Shown: piece by piece, positions 44,026 to 55,178 of the stretch | Layout of the letters: every line of letters starts with the position of its first letter | Position numbering within the stretch: the first letter of the stretch is position 1 | NCBI GenBank assembly: GCA_020026155.1 | Contig: JAHHQX010000001.1 | Span: 6,087-70,086 of the forward strand | Direction of reading: 5' to 3' | DNA: 64,000 nucleotides | From: Actinobacillus sp. | GTDB taxonomy: Bacteria; Pseudomonadota; Gammaproteobacteria; Enterobacterales; Pasteurellaceae | Notes under the pieces: model-generated | What the model was told of the DNA's origin: nothing | Databases searched by the model: none | What the model saw: only the letters and a program-made list of their open reading frames with translations | Program-made: the position numbers and the translations under genes

Positions 44026-45510
44026 TTAAAGCACTAAATGTTGCGTAATATCTTCATCTAAGCGATGACGAATTTCATCAAAAGTTGTCGTTTTCACAAG
44101 GTGACCATTTTCAAAGATTGTTTCTAAGATATCACCATCAAAATTGTCAGATGCATTTAGACCATCAATAAAACTATCGAGAGAAAGTACTTTGATACGC
44201 CCACGTTGTGATTTTTTTAAACCATCATCTGTTTTTGGTGCTTTAAAAATTGCTTTTTCTTCACCATTAATTGTGATTGAGGTTGCTTTAACGGCAAAAC
44301 CGAGGGTATCTCGCAAATGGTTTTGATAGGTAAGGGAACCTACCCCAAAAACCAGATTAGATGAAGCAAAGCCTAGTTGTTCCAATCCTTCAAGAATGCG
44401 ACACATCTTCTCATAGTTAACACCATCGCCATAAATTGCACCAATATGCGAATCGAGGACTTTATAGCCTTTATTATTGGTTGTACCGCCAAAAATTTCC
44501 CATAAACATTGCATCAATCCTTTGCGTTCATGTTCTGTTTTTGCCTCAGGATCGCCACAAATAATTTTATAACTATCACCGCTATCTGGACGGATAATAA
44601 TTTTTGCATTATCAGGGCGTGCCATGATTTCATCTTTTAATTGTGGCAAGTTGACAGTAATGTTGTGCCAAAAGTCGGTTGTATCAGCGACAATAGACAG
44701 CATGGTGTCAGGAAATTGTTGCATTAAATAGCGGAAAGTAGAGAGCTCTTCTACACCATGCGCACTCATTACAGAATGCTCAGACGCAGGAATGGAAGTC
44801 CCGATCAAGGCTTCGCTTCCGTAATAATGATCAACAAATTGAATAGCCGGAATAGTATCTGTTCCGACAAAAGCGGTAAGGTGCGCCGCGCCAGATGTTT
44901 CTGCGGATTCAAGCGAACTCATTCCACGCATAGAAAAATCATGTGCTTGGAAAGGAATATGACTTAAATCATCGCATGTTTTGTGTGCCATTCTGGTTAA
45001 AAATAGGCGATAAGTTCGTGCGACACTCGCTGATACAATCGGCTGCCACATACTCATATTGATGAGCGTTTCTAAATAATTTGTTAGCCAGAAGAAACGC
45101 TTATCAGTATTTTCAATAGTTAACATAGGAACGCGAATCGCAACAGATTGACCTTCTGGAATGGCCTTGATTTTAATTGGCAGATAGCCTAAATCATGGA
45201 GTTCCGCGAGGTTCTCGCCCGCATCCTCTAGACGCAAAGTCGTACGAATAAAATTTTGATATTCATTGAGGATTTCAGCTTTATCGCGACTAAAAAAATT
45301 ACGATCGAAATAATCGATGAGATATTTTTTGATAAATGCTTGGAAGCCAAAAGAAACGGCACGAGTCAGATAAGGGGCGATTTTATTACTACGCGGAGTG
45401 AAAGTGCTGTAAATAATTTCGCTTCCTTGCGGATATTGTGCACGATGAGAAATTTTATAAAAATCACAAAGTAAAAAAGGGGCAGCCGTGGCTTGCTGTA
45501 AATACGCCAT
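44026..45510 (-). CDS. nadV: Nicotinamide phosphoribosyltransferase NadV
   Basis: The NAMPT family pattern is present: N-terminal PFLLCDFYKISHR, then FQAHDFSMRGMSS, and later GTDTIPA. I trimmed the start to the ATG at 45510. Confidence 0.85.
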   Translation of the reverse strand: MAYLQQATAAPFLLCDFYKISHRAQYPQGSEIIYSTFTPRSNKIAPYLTRAVSFGFQAFIKKYLIDYFDRNFFSRDKAEILNEYQNFIRTTLRLEDAGENLAELHDLGYLPIKIKAIPEGQSVAIRVPMLTIENTDKRFFWLTNYLETLINMSMWQPIVSASVARTYRLFLTRMAHKTCDDLSHIPFQAHDFSMRGMSSLESAETSGAAHLTAFVGTDTIPAIQFVDHYYGSEALIGTSIPASEHSVMSAHGVEELSTFRYLMQQFPDTMLSIVADTTDFWHNITVNLPQLKDEIMARPDNAKIIIRPDSGDSYKIICGDPEAKTEHERKGLMQCLWEIFGGTTNNKGYKVLDSHIGAIYGDGVNYEKMCRILEGLEQLGFASSNLVFGVGSLTYQNHLRDTLGFAVKATSITINGEEKAIFKAPKTDDGLKKSQRGRIKVLSLDSFIDGLNASDNFDGDILETIFENGHLVKTTTFDEIRHRLDEDITQHLVL

Positions 45511-45690
45511 ATCAGTGACCAACTTATTCCAACTTATTTTAAATAGTAAAAAAACGCCAATAGTATAACAAAATTGCAACAGATGAAAATTTAAAATAGA
45601 CAAAAATTGCGAAAAGTGGGATTAATTGCATATTTTTGTAGCATATACTATACAAAACCCCACTTTTATTGGATATATAAATGTGTGATA

Positions 45691-47454
45691 TTATTCCACG
45701 AGCGCAACTAGGCGACAATTTTTAGGCGGCTGAATATTACGCTCATTAATGATCGAAATCATATTATTTTCATCTAAGGTATATAGAAGCACACATTTAG
45801 GATTATCCAGTTTATACTGCTCAAATGTATAATTTTCTGTAAGATTCGTAATTTTAATTCGAGCATTTTTAGAAATCATACTTGCCAGTTTGGCATAAGT
45901 TGCACCTTGCTCAAATAACCAATTTGGCTTGAGGTTGTCTTGTTTATCTAAACGGCTAGTTTGATTTTGATCCTCACTAAAACGGACTCGGAAGATTTTA
46001 TCGTTGCCAAAATCATGCTCGTAATGCCATTGACAGAGCGTATTAATTTCCTTATCCGTACTCATTGCAAATAAATAGCCTAGTCCAATGAGATCAAGGT
46101 TATTATCGGCATGCGTAGACATCGGACTCCCAAAATAAGTTCTAAACCCTAGCATTCTCGCACGCGCAATATCCTCATAATGGCTAGACGCAATCAGAAC
46201 ATCAATATTGGCATCTTTTAATGATTGCGCAATGGTTAATGCAGTTGGATTTGCCCCCACAATTAATACGCCCGTGTCGGCTGTTTTACAAACCCCAAGT
46301 AGCTTCGCAACGGCTTTTGCCCCCAGTCCTTGGATGAATACGGTACCAATAATGATAGTAAAGACGAGTGGAACTAAAAGATCTACACCTTTGATGCCAG
46401 AATCTTTTAAGCGAATCGCAACCAGCGAGGAGATAGCCGCAGCCACAATTCCGCGTGGACCAATCCAGCTAATCATCCATTTCTCATTGCTGGTTAGTCC
46501 TGAACCAATAGCAGATACCCAGATCGCGAGTGGACGAGCGATAAACATAGCAACAAATAAAAGGATTAAACCACGCCAACCCACATTCCATAGTTGGGTG
46601 AGATCTACGCGGGCGGCCAAAATAATAAATAGGGCAGAGATCAGCAAAATGGTGAGTGACTCTTTAAACTCTAAAATATGTTCTTTGGGAAATCCCTTCC
46701 AATTTGCTAAGGCAACCCCGAGGATGGTAACAGTGAGTAAGCCTGATTCATGCGATAAATGATTGGAAAAGGTAAAAATAGTGAGAATAAAGGCTAAAAC
46801 AAAAACATTACGGAGATATTCTGGCACTAAATGGCGCTTAATAAGTTTTGCAAGCACCCATGCACCGACATATCCTAAGACAGCGGCAATTAAAACCAAT
46901 TTAGAAAATGTCCCAAATTCGTTCGCATCGCCTCCCGAAATGATGTATTCATAAACAAGTACAACTGCAATCGCACCAACTGGATCAACTAAAATCCCCT
47001 CCCATTTTAAAATATTGGCGATATTAGCAGTGGGGTGAACACTCCGTAACAGAGGCGCGATAACTGTCGGACCTGTCACACACACGAGCGAACCGAAAAG
47101 CAATGCAATACGCCAATCTACATTAAAGAGAAAATAGCAGGCAAGAGAAAGTACGGAAATCGTGATTAGCATCCCCACTGAAACCAGTAACCGAATGATA
47201 CGACCGTGGTGAGTGATCTCATCAAATTCTAACGTAAGTGCCCCTTCAAATAAAATGACGGCAACTCCTAATGAGATAAATGGGAATAACAGATCCCCTA
47301 ATACTTTATCCGGTTGAAAAATATGTAGAATTGGACCAACTAGAATACCAATTGCGAGTAAAAATAAAATCGCAGGCTGTTTGGTGTACCAGCCCAACCA
47401 TTGCGCACCGATTCCGAGAGCAATAACAAGTGCTAATAAGAGGGAAGTGTCCAT
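45691..47454 (-). CDS. CPA1-family cation/proton antiporter with a C-terminal KTN/RCK-like domain
   Basis: The N-terminal ~400 aa form a polytopic Na+/H+ exchanger fold. The C-terminal region has a Rossmann-like VLIVGANPTALTIAQSL segment. Confidence 0.8.
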   Translation of the reverse strand: MDTSLLLALVIALGIGAQWLGWYTKQPAILFLLAIGILVGPILHIFQPDKVLGDLLFPFISLGVAVILFEGALTLEFDEITHHGRIIRLLVSVGMLITISVLSLACYFLFNVDWRIALLFGSLVCVTGPTVIAPLLRSVHPTANIANILKWEGILVDPVGAIAVVLVYEYIISGGDANEFGTFSKLVLIAAVLGYVGAWVLAKLIKRHLVPEYLRNVFVLAFILTIFTFSNHLSHESGLLTVTILGVALANWKGFPKEHILEFKESLTILLISALFIILAARVDLTQLWNVGWRGLILLFVAMFIARPLAIWVSAIGSGLTSNEKWMISWIGPRGIVAAAISSLVAIRLKDSGIKGVDLLVPLVFTIIIGTVFIQGLGAKAVAKLLGVCKTADTGVLIVGANPTALTIAQSLKDANIDVLIASSHYEDIARARMLGFRTYFGSPMSTHADNNLDLIGLGYLFAMSTDKEINTLCQWHYEHDFGNDKIFRVRFSEDQNQTSRLDKQDNLKPNWLFEQGATYAKLASMISKNARIKITNLTENYTFEQYKLDNPKCVLLYTLDENNMISIINERNIQPPKNCRLVALVE

Positions 47455-47689
47455 AGAAATCCTTCTAATAAATTATCGTTTTATTGAGCGAAATTGTATA
47501 AAAGAACCAGCAAGAATAAAAGGGGAAGAAGAAAAGTTGGATTTATAAACAAAAAAGGAATAAAAAATAATTGCAAAAAGAGTAAAAAATATACTTGAAT
47601 AGATTTATAAATATACTAATATACGCATAAGGTAACTATTTATAGTTGCTGTATTCTATTCTTTAACTTATTGAAAAGGAAGGTAATGT

Positions 47690-48274
47690 ATGGGAACTCC
47701 AGTCGAAATTGAAAAAACAACGGGAAATCCTGGTCCGCTAGGGCTTTTCTCTTTTGCACTTAGTACATGGTTGCTTGCTCTGATTAATGCAGGTGAGTAT
47801 TCTGTATCGAATATTGGGCTTGTATTAGCGATGGGTATTGCATTTGGTGGTACCGTACAGTTTATTGTAGGACTTCTTTGTTATTTTAAAGGTGACACAC
47901 TAGGTTTTACGGCATTCGGTGGTTTTGGTGCATTCTGGTGGTCATTTGTATTATCACAAATGTTCTTTACTAAAGGTGTAACAGATGACTTCACAGGTTG
48001 GTATCTTCTAGTTTGGGGTGCATTTACTTGTGGATTATTTGCGATGAGCTTAAATAAAGAACGTGTACTACAAGTTACGTTAATCTTCGTAATTCTTACC
48101 TTATTCTCACTTGCAGCCGGTAATTTCGGTGCTGGCACTACCTTCTTACATCTCGGTGGTTGGTTAGGTCTTATTTCAGGTATCCTTGCTTTCTATCTCG
48201 GTGGTGCACAAATGATTAATGAAAATTATGGACGCACTATTTTCCCAGTTGGTGAATATAAAGTAAAAGAATAA
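47690..48274 (+). CDS. satP: Succinate-acetate/proton symporter SatP (GPR1/FUN34/YaaH family)
   Basis: The family signature NPGPLGLFSFALSTW is present, and the ~190-aa protein has six TM segments. Confidence 0.85.
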   Translation: MGTPVEIEKTTGNPGPLGLFSFALSTWLLALINAGEYSVSNIGLVLAMGIAFGGTVQFIVGLLCYFKGDTLGFTAFGGFGAFWWSFVLSQMFFTKGVTDDFTGWYLLVWGAFTCGLFAMSLNKERVLQVTLIFVILTLFSLAAGNFGAGTTFLHLGGWLGLISGILAFYLGGAQMINENYGRTIFPVGEYKVKE

Positions 48275-48333
48275 CGAATATATTTTACGTCAGTATCTCA
48301 AAATGCGTCTTATCAAAGACGCATTTTCATTTA

Positions 48334-49371
48334 TTAAAATCGCACATCTAAATTTGCTAAAATACTTTTTCGACGACCCAAGCCACCTTCTACAATCAGT
48401 CCTAAATTAGGATTAAATTGATATTGGAAACCGAGTAAGGTATTCCATTTCGCCACTAAATGCTGTTTGACATGGAATTTACCTATACTTGGTGCGGGTA
48501 CCGTGATCTGTCCATTTTTAACCAATTTGCCAATATTTAAGTGTTTAGCGACTTGGTTATTTTTATCGTATAACGTCATGGAGAGAGTATCAGGTAATCC
48601 TAGGTTATTCAGGTTTCCCGACAAATTTTCTTCTACGTCTTGATACATACCGCCGATCCATACTCGTAGTGGCAAAGCGTGTTGGAAATCGTATCCAATC
48701 CGTGGGCTCATCACGAATGTTTTAATTGTGCCATCGATAATGGATAATTTACTTTTAGTATAGTTAAAATCCACCACACCAAAAATATGTTTATATCCCC
48801 CCGCGATAATCGCACCGCCCCCGTACAGATTCCCTTTTAGATTCAATTTAAAATTATCAAGGCGTCCTTTCGCATAATAGCCTCCAAATTTTTGGCTAAG
48901 AATAGGAATACCTTTTAAAGGAATGGTGGCAGATTGGAAAGTTACACTGGAAGAAGACATTCCTGTCATTTTGCCACCCATGGCATATAAATTTAAAAAC
49001 GGCAGTACCCATGCATCAGCACGGAAAACAAAAACATTACTTTTTTGCTTACCATTTTCTGGAAAAAGACTGAGTTGACTATCAATAATTTTTTGTAAAT
49101 TTGATTGGAGTGGTTTTTGAAAGATGACAGGGATACCCATTTGTGTAAATTGTTGCTTGGTGAGCTGTATACCTTCAAAACCAATACTGTCAATGGCAAT
49201 TCCTTGCTGCATATGCATATAGCTGAAATTAAAACCGTAAGGTTTAGGTAAGGTGTAACCCAGATCTTGAGCTTCCTTTTTTAAAAATGGAAGAGAAAGC
49301 GTAAATGCTGATCCCGTGGGCGCGACACATAACAATCCTGCACTAACAAAAATCAATTTATAAAATGACAT
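48334..49371 (-). CDS. Hypothetical outer-membrane beta-barrel protein
   Basis: It has a signal peptide (..VAPTGSAFT), alternating amphipathic strands and the C-terminus ...LDVRF. I recognise no family. Confidence 0.55.
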   Translation of the reverse strand: MSFYKLIFVSAGLLCVAPTGSAFTLSLPFLKKEAQDLGYTLPKPYGFNFSYMHMQQGIAIDSIGFEGIQLTKQQFTQMGIPVIFQKPLQSNLQKIIDSQLSLFPENGKQKSNVFVFRADAWVLPFLNLYAMGGKMTGMSSSSVTFQSATIPLKGIPILSQKFGGYYAKGRLDNFKLNLKGNLYGGGAIIAGGYKHIFGVVDFNYTKSKLSIIDGTIKTFVMSPRIGYDFQHALPLRVWIGGMYQDVEENLSGNLNNLGLPDTLSMTLYDKNNQVAKHLNIGKLVKNGQITVPAPSIGKFHVKQHLVAKWNTLLGFQYQFNPNLGLIVEGGLGRRKSILANLDVRF

Positions 49372-49490
49372 AAGTTATTATTTATTCAAAGTATGACTAA
49401 GGAATAGCAGTCTAGTATAAAAAATAGTTAGAGAAAAGTGGGCGAAGACATAAAAAATACCGACACAAGGATGTCGGTATTAAAGAGAAA

Positions 49491-49988
49491 TTATTTTCTT
49501 AGAAGAAAATCAACAAGTTGTTTTTCAATAAGATCCGTAAAACCGCCTTCACGATAGGCATAGCGTAACATTTGATAATTTTCAGGATATTGTTCCATTT
49601 TTTCTCTCACTAAAGTTGGAAATTCTTGATAAATTACCGTTGTGGTATCGCCAACAAGAAAAGCACTTGGGATAGAATGTGTTTCTTGAATTATTTTTTG
49701 TTGTTCGGCTGAATCAAATAATTGCGCTTTTTCTAGATCGTAACGTGGAATATAACGTAAAGTTAATAAAGGATTGTTACGCGCCATTTTCTCGACGACT
49801 GGGACAAAAACTTGACAGTCGGGGCAGAAAGGTTCTGCAAGGATAATCCATTCCTGTGGCGTTTTTAATTCTTCTAGAGCCGTCAGGGTGTCATAACTTA
49901 GCTGGATTTTTTCAAAAGCGGCGATCTGTTTCTCTGCATCCTCTTCGGAATTGAATTTGAGATAGTCTTGGTAATTAAACATTGCCAT
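49491..49988 (-). CDS. Thioredoxin-like family protein
   Basis: The 165-aa protein has a CPDC motif in a thioredoxin-fold context (ILAEPFCPDCQVFVP). Confidence 0.6.
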   Translation of the reverse strand: MAMFNYQDYLKFNSEEDAEKQIAAFEKIQLSYDTLTALEELKTPQEWIILAEPFCPDCQVFVPVVEKMARNNPLLTLRYIPRYDLEKAQLFDSAEQQKIIQETHSIPSAFLVGDTTTVIYQEFPTLVREKMEQYPENYQMLRYAYREGGFTDLIEKQLVDFLLRK

Positions 49989-50067
49989 ACTCCTGTCGTT
50001 AAATGAATAGAGGGTTCATTTTATGCGAAAAAAATAAAAAGAAAAGTGATCTCTCCCACGGAATTTA

Positions 50068-50095
50068 ACATAAATTTTTACGAAAAAAGTGGCGT
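50068..50095 (-). repeat. Copy of the dispersed intergenic repeat
   Basis: The reverse complement reads acgccacttttttcgtaaaaatttatgt. Confidence 0.5.
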
Positions 50096-50185
50096 ATTTT
50101 TTATAAAAAATAAATCACTAGCCACAACGCTTGCAAACCGTTAAAATATCTCGCTTAAATTTTACTTAATAATGATGAAAGAACA

Positions 50186-51613
50186 ATGACGCAAAAACTC
50201 CATATTAAAACATGGGGATGCCAAATGAATGAGTACGATAGCTCAAAAATGGCCGATCTCCTTTTAAATACGCATGGCTTAGAACTCACTGAAAATCCAG
50301 AAGAAGCCGATGTATTATTACTTAACACTTGCTCAATTCGTGAAAAAGCGCAAGAGAAAGTTTTCCATCAACTTGGTCGTTGGAAAGAATTAAAAAAACA
50401 AAACCCTAAATTGGTTATCGGTGTAGGTGGCTGTGTGGCATCTCAAGAAGGTGAGCACATTCGCCAACGTGCACCTTACGTTGATGTCATCTTTGGACCA
50501 CAAACATTACATCGTCTTCCTGAAATGATTAACCAAATCCGTGGTGGTTCACGTTCTGTTATTGATATCAGTTTCCCTGAAATTGAAAAATTTGACCGTT
50601 TACCAGAACCACGTGCTGAAGGTGCGACCGCGTTCGTTTCTATCATGGAAGGTTGTAATAAATACTGTACTTACTGTATCGTTCCTTATACTCGCGGTGA
50701 AGAAGTTTCTCGCCCAGTAGATGACATCTTGTTCGAAGTGGCGCAATTAGCGGCACAAGGCGTGCGTGAAGTGAATTTACTTGGACAAAACGTAAATGCG
50801 TATCGTGGTGCGACCTTTGATGGTGGAATTTGCTCATTTGCAGAATTATTGCGTTTAGTAGCAAGCATTGATGGTATTGATCGTTTACGCTTTACAACAA
50901 GCCATCCGATTGAATTTACAGATGATATTATCGATGTATATCGTGATACACCGGAACTCGTAAGTTTCTTACATTTACCTGTACAAGCAGGTTCTGACCG
51001 TATCTTAAACTTAATGAAACGTGGTCATACTGCGCTTGAATATAAATCAATTATTCGTAAGTTACGCAAAGTGCGTCCAAATATTCAAATCAGTTCAGAT
51101 TTTATTGTTGGGTTCCCTGGCGAAACTGAACAAGATTTTGAAGATACGATGAATCTTATCGCACAAGTAAACTTTGATATGAGTTATAGCTTCATCTATT
51201 CTGCACGTCCAGGTACGCCAGCAGCAGATATGCCAGATGACGTAGATGAAGAAGTGAAAAAACAACGTTTATATCTCTTACAACAACGTATCAATAATCA
51301 AGCGGCACAATTTAGCCGTGCAATGTTGGGAACAGAACAACGTGTGTTAGTTGAAGGTCCGTCTAAAAAAGATATTATGGAATTAACAGGACGTACTGAA
51401 AACAACCGTATCGTGAATTTCGTAGGCACACCAGACATGATTGGTAAATTTGTAGATATCAAAATTACCGATGTCTATACCAACTCCTTACGTGGTGACG
51501 TAGTACGTACCGAAGATGAAATGGGATTACGTATCGCACAAACCCCGCAAGAAGTAATGGAAAGAACGCGAAAAGAAGACGATTTGGGCGTTGGACAATA
51601 CCGCGTTGAATAA
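50186..51613 (+). CDS. miaB: tRNA-2-methylthio-N6-dimethylallyladenosine synthase
   Basis: It has the UPF0004 domain ([12 protein letters not shown]), the radical SAM motif CNKYCTYC and a TRAM C-terminus. Confidence 0.95.
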   Translation: MTQKLHIKTWGCQMNEYDSSKMADLLLNTHGLELTENPEEADVLLLNTCSIREKAQEKVFHQLGRWKELKKQNPKLVIGVGGCVASQEGEHIRQRAPYVDVIFGPQTLHRLPEMINQIRGGSRSVIDISFPEIEKFDRLPEPRAEGATAFVSIMEGCNKYCTYCIVPYTRGEEVSRPVDDILFEVAQLAAQGVREVNLLGQNVNAYRGATFDGGICSFAELLRLVASIDGIDRLRFTTSHPIEFTDDIIDVYRDTPELVSFLHLPVQAGSDRILNLMKRGHTALEYKSIIRKLRKVRPNIQISSDFIVGFPGETEQDFEDTMNLIAQVNFDMSYSFIYSARPGTPAADMPDDVDEEVKKQRLYLLQQRINNQAAQFSRAMLGTEQRVLVEGPSKKDIMELTGRTENNRIVNFVGTPDMIGKFVDIKITDVYTNSLRGDVVRTEDEMGLRIAQTPQEVMERTRKEDDLGVGQYRVE

Positions 51614-51624
51614 TCAATAAAATT

Positions 51625-51659
51625 AACCCTTTTACGTTGAGTAAAAGGGTTGTTTTTTT
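51625..51659 (+). terminator. Rho-independent terminator after miaB
   Basis: There is an 11-bp stem (aacccttttac / gtaaaagggtt) followed by a T-run. Confidence 0.75.
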
Positions 51660-51750
51660 ACTAAGCCCCCATATATTGGGAGTACTTCCCAACAATTCTC
51701 TATTTTTACAACAATAATAATTAAAATTAAACACACAAGGAATTAACAGA

Positions 51751-54195
51751 ATGAAAACAGTAAAAAAACAGAACAAGAAAACCGTAAGTGCGGTTAAGAA
51801 AATTCAGGACACTGCGCTTATTGATCCAAATCTTGCACGTGAACAGCAAAAATATGCAAATCCCGTGCCAAGTCGAGAATTTATTTTACAAATTATGCGT
51901 GAGTATAACGCCCCGATTTCCCGTGCAGAATTATTAGATATTTTGCAAATTGATGACGAAGAGCGCAAAGAAGGGCTACGTCGTCGATTACGTGCAATGG
52001 AAAACGAAGGGCAAGTTATTTTCACAAAAGGTAAACGTTTCGCGTTACCTGAAAAATTAGATCTTATTAAAGGTGAAGTTATCGGTCACCGTGATGGTTA
52101 TGGCTTTTTACAAGTAGATGGATTGAAAAAAGATCTTTTCATTCCTAATCACCAAATGCGTGGCGTTATCCATGGTGATATCGTGTTAGCTCAGCCAAAT
52201 GGTTTTGATCGACGTGGTCGCCAAGAAGTGCGTATCGTCCGTGTTTTAGAAGAACGTAAACAACAAATTGTAGGACGTTTTTTCCTAGAAAATGGCTTAG
52301 GTTATGTCGTGCCAGATGATAACCGCATTCAGCGCGATATCTTGATTCCAGATAATGTACGTCATAATGCGCGTATGGGACAAGTGGTGGTAGTACGTTT
52401 AGAATCTCGCAATGCTGGTTTTGGTCAGCTAGTGGGTGAAATTACGGAAGTGCTTGGCGATAACATGGCAAAAGGCATGGAAACTGAAATTGCTATCCGC
52501 CGCTACGATATCCCACATGAATTTCCAAAAGCAGTGCTAAAACAAAGTGAACAATGGGGCGAAAGTGTTCCAGACGATGCAAAACGTAACCGTGCAGATT
52601 TACGTGATTTACCATTAGTCACCATTGATGGTGAAGATGCGCGCGACTTTGATGATGCAGTATATTGCCAAGCTGAAAAAGACGGCTGGCGACTCTGGGT
52701 AGCAATTGCGGACGTAAGTTATTATGTACGCCCACATTCTTCTCTTGATAAAGAAGCCCATAATCGCGGAAATTCGGTTTATTTTCCAAGTCGAGTTGTT
52801 CCGATGTTACCAGAAGTATTGTCAAATGGCTTATGTTCACTAAACCCACAAGTCGATAGACTTTGTATGGTTTGTGAAATGTTCATTGATAAAGAAGGGC
52901 AAATCAAAGATTACAAATTCTACGAAGGCGTAATGAATTCGTTTGCACGTTTAACGTACAACAAAGTGGCAAAAATTCTTGTCGATAAAGACGAAGAATT
53001 ATGCGAACGCTATGCAAATCTCGTGCCACATTTATCAGATCTTTACGATTTGTATAAAGCCCTTTTAACCGCCCGCGAACAACGTGGCACAATCGATTTT
53101 GAAACCATTGAAAGTAAATTTATTTTCAATGAAATGGGACGTATTGAGCGTATTGAGCCTGTCGTACGCAATGATGCGCATAAAATTATTGAAGAATGTA
53201 TGATCGCCGCGAATATTTGTGCCGCGAACTTTGTTGAAAAACACAAAGAACCTGCATTATTCCGTGTGCATGCAAAACCAACTGAAGAAAAACTTAAAGC
53301 CTTCCGTGAGTTTCTAGGGGAATTAGGTTTAGGGTTACAAGGCGGTGATGATCCAACAACAGAAGATTTCGCTGAATTGCTAGAAACCGCACGCAATCGC
53401 CCAGACTATGAATTGATCCAAACCATGTTATTGCGTTCTTTAAGTCAAGCGATTTACTCAGCAGAAAATGAAGGACACTTTGGATTGGCGTTACAAGAAT
53501 ATGCGCATTTCACCTCACCAATTCGCCGTTATCCAGATTTAACCTTACACCGTGGCATTAAATATGTGTTGGCAAAAGGAAAAGGATTAAAACGTAAAAC
53601 GACCGACACTGGCGGTTATCATTACAGTTTTGATGAAATGGATGCGCTAGGCGATCATTGTTCCATGACAGAACGCCGTGCTGATGATGCGACCCGCGAT
53701 GTAGCAGATTGGTTAAAATGCGAATTTATGCAAGATCACGTTGGTGGCGAATATACGGGTGTGATTGCGTCGGTAACCAGTTTCGGATTATTCGTTCGTC
53801 TTGATGAATTGTTCATTGATGGATTAGTGCATATCTCAAGTTTACGTAATGAATATTACCAATATGATGCTGCATCTCAACGCCTTATCGGTGAAAATTC
53901 AGGTATGGTATATCGCCTTGGTGATCGCGTTAAAGTCAAAGTAATTGGTGTAAACTTAGAAGCACGTCAAATTGACTTTGAATTGTTAGACAGCGCACGT
54001 GGGGTGCGTAATTCTGGAAAAACAGCAAAAAAACGTTTTAAAGAGTTAGCAAGCAAAGAAACCCAACAGGCGGCATTTAAAAAGAATGCAAAAGCAAATA
54101 AGAAAAAAAGTACGAGTAAAGTAAGTGCAACGAAAAAGTCAGCATCAAAATCTCGTACAAAAGTGAGTAAAAAAAGCCGAGCGAAAAAAGCTTAG
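51751..54195 (+). CDS. rnr: Ribonuclease R
   Basis: It has the RNB catalytic domain ([12 protein letters not shown]), cold-shock and S1 domains, and a Lys-rich C-terminal tail. Confidence 0.95.
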   Translation: MKTVKKQNKKTVSAVKKIQDTALIDPNLAREQQKYANPVPSREFILQIMREYNAPISRAELLDILQIDDEERKEGLRRRLRAMENEGQVIFTKGKRFALPEKLDLIKGEVIGHRDGYGFLQVDGLKKDLFIPNHQMRGVIHGDIVLAQPNGFDRRGRQEVRIVRVLEERKQQIVGRFFLENGLGYVVPDDNRIQRDILIPDNVRHNARMGQVVVVRLESRNAGFGQLVGEITEVLGDNMAKGMETEIAIRRYDIPHEFPKAVLKQSEQWGESVPDDAKRNRADLRDLPLVTIDGEDARDFDDAVYCQAEKDGWRLWVAIADVSYYVRPHSSLDKEAHNRGNSVYFPSRVVPMLPEVLSNGLCSLNPQVDRLCMVCEMFIDKEGQIKDYKFYEGVMNSFARLTYNKVAKILVDKDEELCERYANLVPHLSDLYDLYKALLTAREQRGTIDFETIESKFIFNEMGRIERIEPVVRNDAHKIIEECMIAANICAANFVEKHKEPALFRVHAKPTEEKLKAFREFLGELGLGLQGGDDPTTEDFAELLETARNRPDYELIQTMLLRSLSQAIYSAENEGHFGLALQEYAHFTSPIRRYPDLTLHRGIKYVLAKGKGLKRKTTDTGGYHYSFDEMDALGDHCSMTERRADDATRDVADWLKCEFMQDHVGGEYTGVIASVTSFGLFVRLDELFIDGLVHISSLRNEYYQYDAASQRLIGENSGMVYRLGDRVKVKVIGVNLEARQIDFELLDSARGVRNSGKTAKKRFKELASKETQQAAFKKNAKANKKKSTSKVSATKKSASKSRTKVSKKSRAKKA

Positions 54196-54226
54196 CGATA
54201 ATTTAATTTGATAGAAGTGAGAAAAA

Positions 54227-54964
54227 ATGGCAGAACAAATTTATGGTATCCACGCTGTACAAGCATTTTTAACCCGTGCACCAGAGCGTTTAATTGAGGT
54301 TTATGTATTAAAAGGGCGTGATGATAAACGCCTTAATCCTATTCTTCAACAATTACGCCAACTTGGCATCGCTGTTCAATTTTGTGGTCGTGATGCCTTG
54401 GATAAAAAAGCACAGGGTGAGAATCACCAAGGGGTGATTGCTAAAATCCAAGAGGCAAAACCTCTCAATGAAAATGACTTAGATACCTTAATTGCAAATA
54501 CTGCGAACCCATTATTGTTAGTGCTAGATGGCGTAACCGATCCGCATAATCTTGGTGCATGCTTACGAACTGCCGATGCAGCAGGGGTTACAGCCGTTAT
54601 CGTACCAAAAGATAATGCGGCACAGCTAACCTCAGTAGCCCGCAAAGTAGCGTGTGGTGCAGCAGAAACGATGCCATTAGTGCGTGTAACAAACTTGGCG
54701 CGCACCCTTCGTGAATTACAACAACGCCACAACATTTGGGTAGTAGGAACCGCAGGTGAAGCGACCAGCACACTTTATGAAACCAAATTAACAGGCGCAA
54801 CCGCACTCGTTATGGGCGCAGAAGGTGATGGCCTGCGTCGCCTAACCCGAGAAACTTGTGATGAATTAATCAGTATCCCAATGGCAGGAAGCGTTTCCTC
54901 GTTAAACGTTTCCGTAGCAACTGGTGTATGCTTATTTGAAATCGTCCGCCAACGTATGGCTTAA
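54227..54964 (+). CDS. rlmB: 23S rRNA (guanosine2251-2'-O)-methyltransferase RlmB
   Basis: It has the SpoU/TrmH fold ([31 protein letters not shown]) and lies downstream of rnr, as in E. coli. Confidence 0.9.
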   Translation: MAEQIYGIHAVQAFLTRAPERLIEVYVLKGRDDKRLNPILQQLRQLGIAVQFCGRDALDKKAQGENHQGVIAKIQEAKPLNENDLDTLIANTANPLLLVLDGVTDPHNLGACLRTADAAGVTAVIVPKDNAAQLTSVARKVACGAAETMPLVRVTNLARTLRELQQRHNIWVVGTAGEATSTLYETKLTGATALVMGAEGDGLRRLTRETCDELISIPMAGSVSSLNVSVATGVCLFEIVRQRMA

Positions 54965-54992
54965 TAAAGTATTTCTATATCTCATATAAAAA

Positions 54993-55019
54993 AAGCCCTG
55001 TTTTTAAACAGGGCTTTTT
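54993..55019 (+). terminator. Rho-independent terminator after rlmB
   Basis: The stem is aagccctgttt / aaacagggctt with a 2-nt loop, followed by a T-run. Confidence 0.75.
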
Positions 55020-55067
55020 ATTTAGAAAATCACAATCTGAAAGCAATCACGAATTAAAAGCGCATAA

Positions 55068-55178
55068 GTTTTTTGCAAAAAAAATCGCAAAATTGGAAAG
55101 AAAATCTCCAAATTTTACGATTTTTTATTTAATAAATGACTAATAACATATTGAAAATAATACGTTATTCGCAAGGGT
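55068..55178. repeat. CRISPR array flank, copy 1 (paralog of 61338..61449)
   Basis: It aligns by hand over ~111 nt with the sequence immediately preceding the main array, with about 17 differences. It includes the AT-rich dyad aaaatcgcaaaat / attttacgatttt and the repeat-proximal block attgaaaataat..gttattcgcaagggt. Confidence 0.85.

Noticed and set aside
45511-45603. N-terminal extensions in the ORF track for nadV, lepA (5622..5690), rnc (2778..2828), hemW, mscS, cydD, uvrD, the PatB-like gene and the coiled-coil gene (62740..62889).
   Set aside because: The extensions are hydrophobic or overlap upstream genes or hairpins. Internal ATGs reproduce the conserved family N-termini, and several have a Shine-Dalgarno, so I trimmed the starts.
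46208-46762. Long antisense ORFs inside well-supported genes, for example 46208..46762, 8230..8583, 54424..54771, 53043..53396, 19775..20164 and 2885..3297.
   Set aside because: Each is fully embedded opposite a gene with strong family signatures and has low-complexity or biased composition typical of shadow ORFs.
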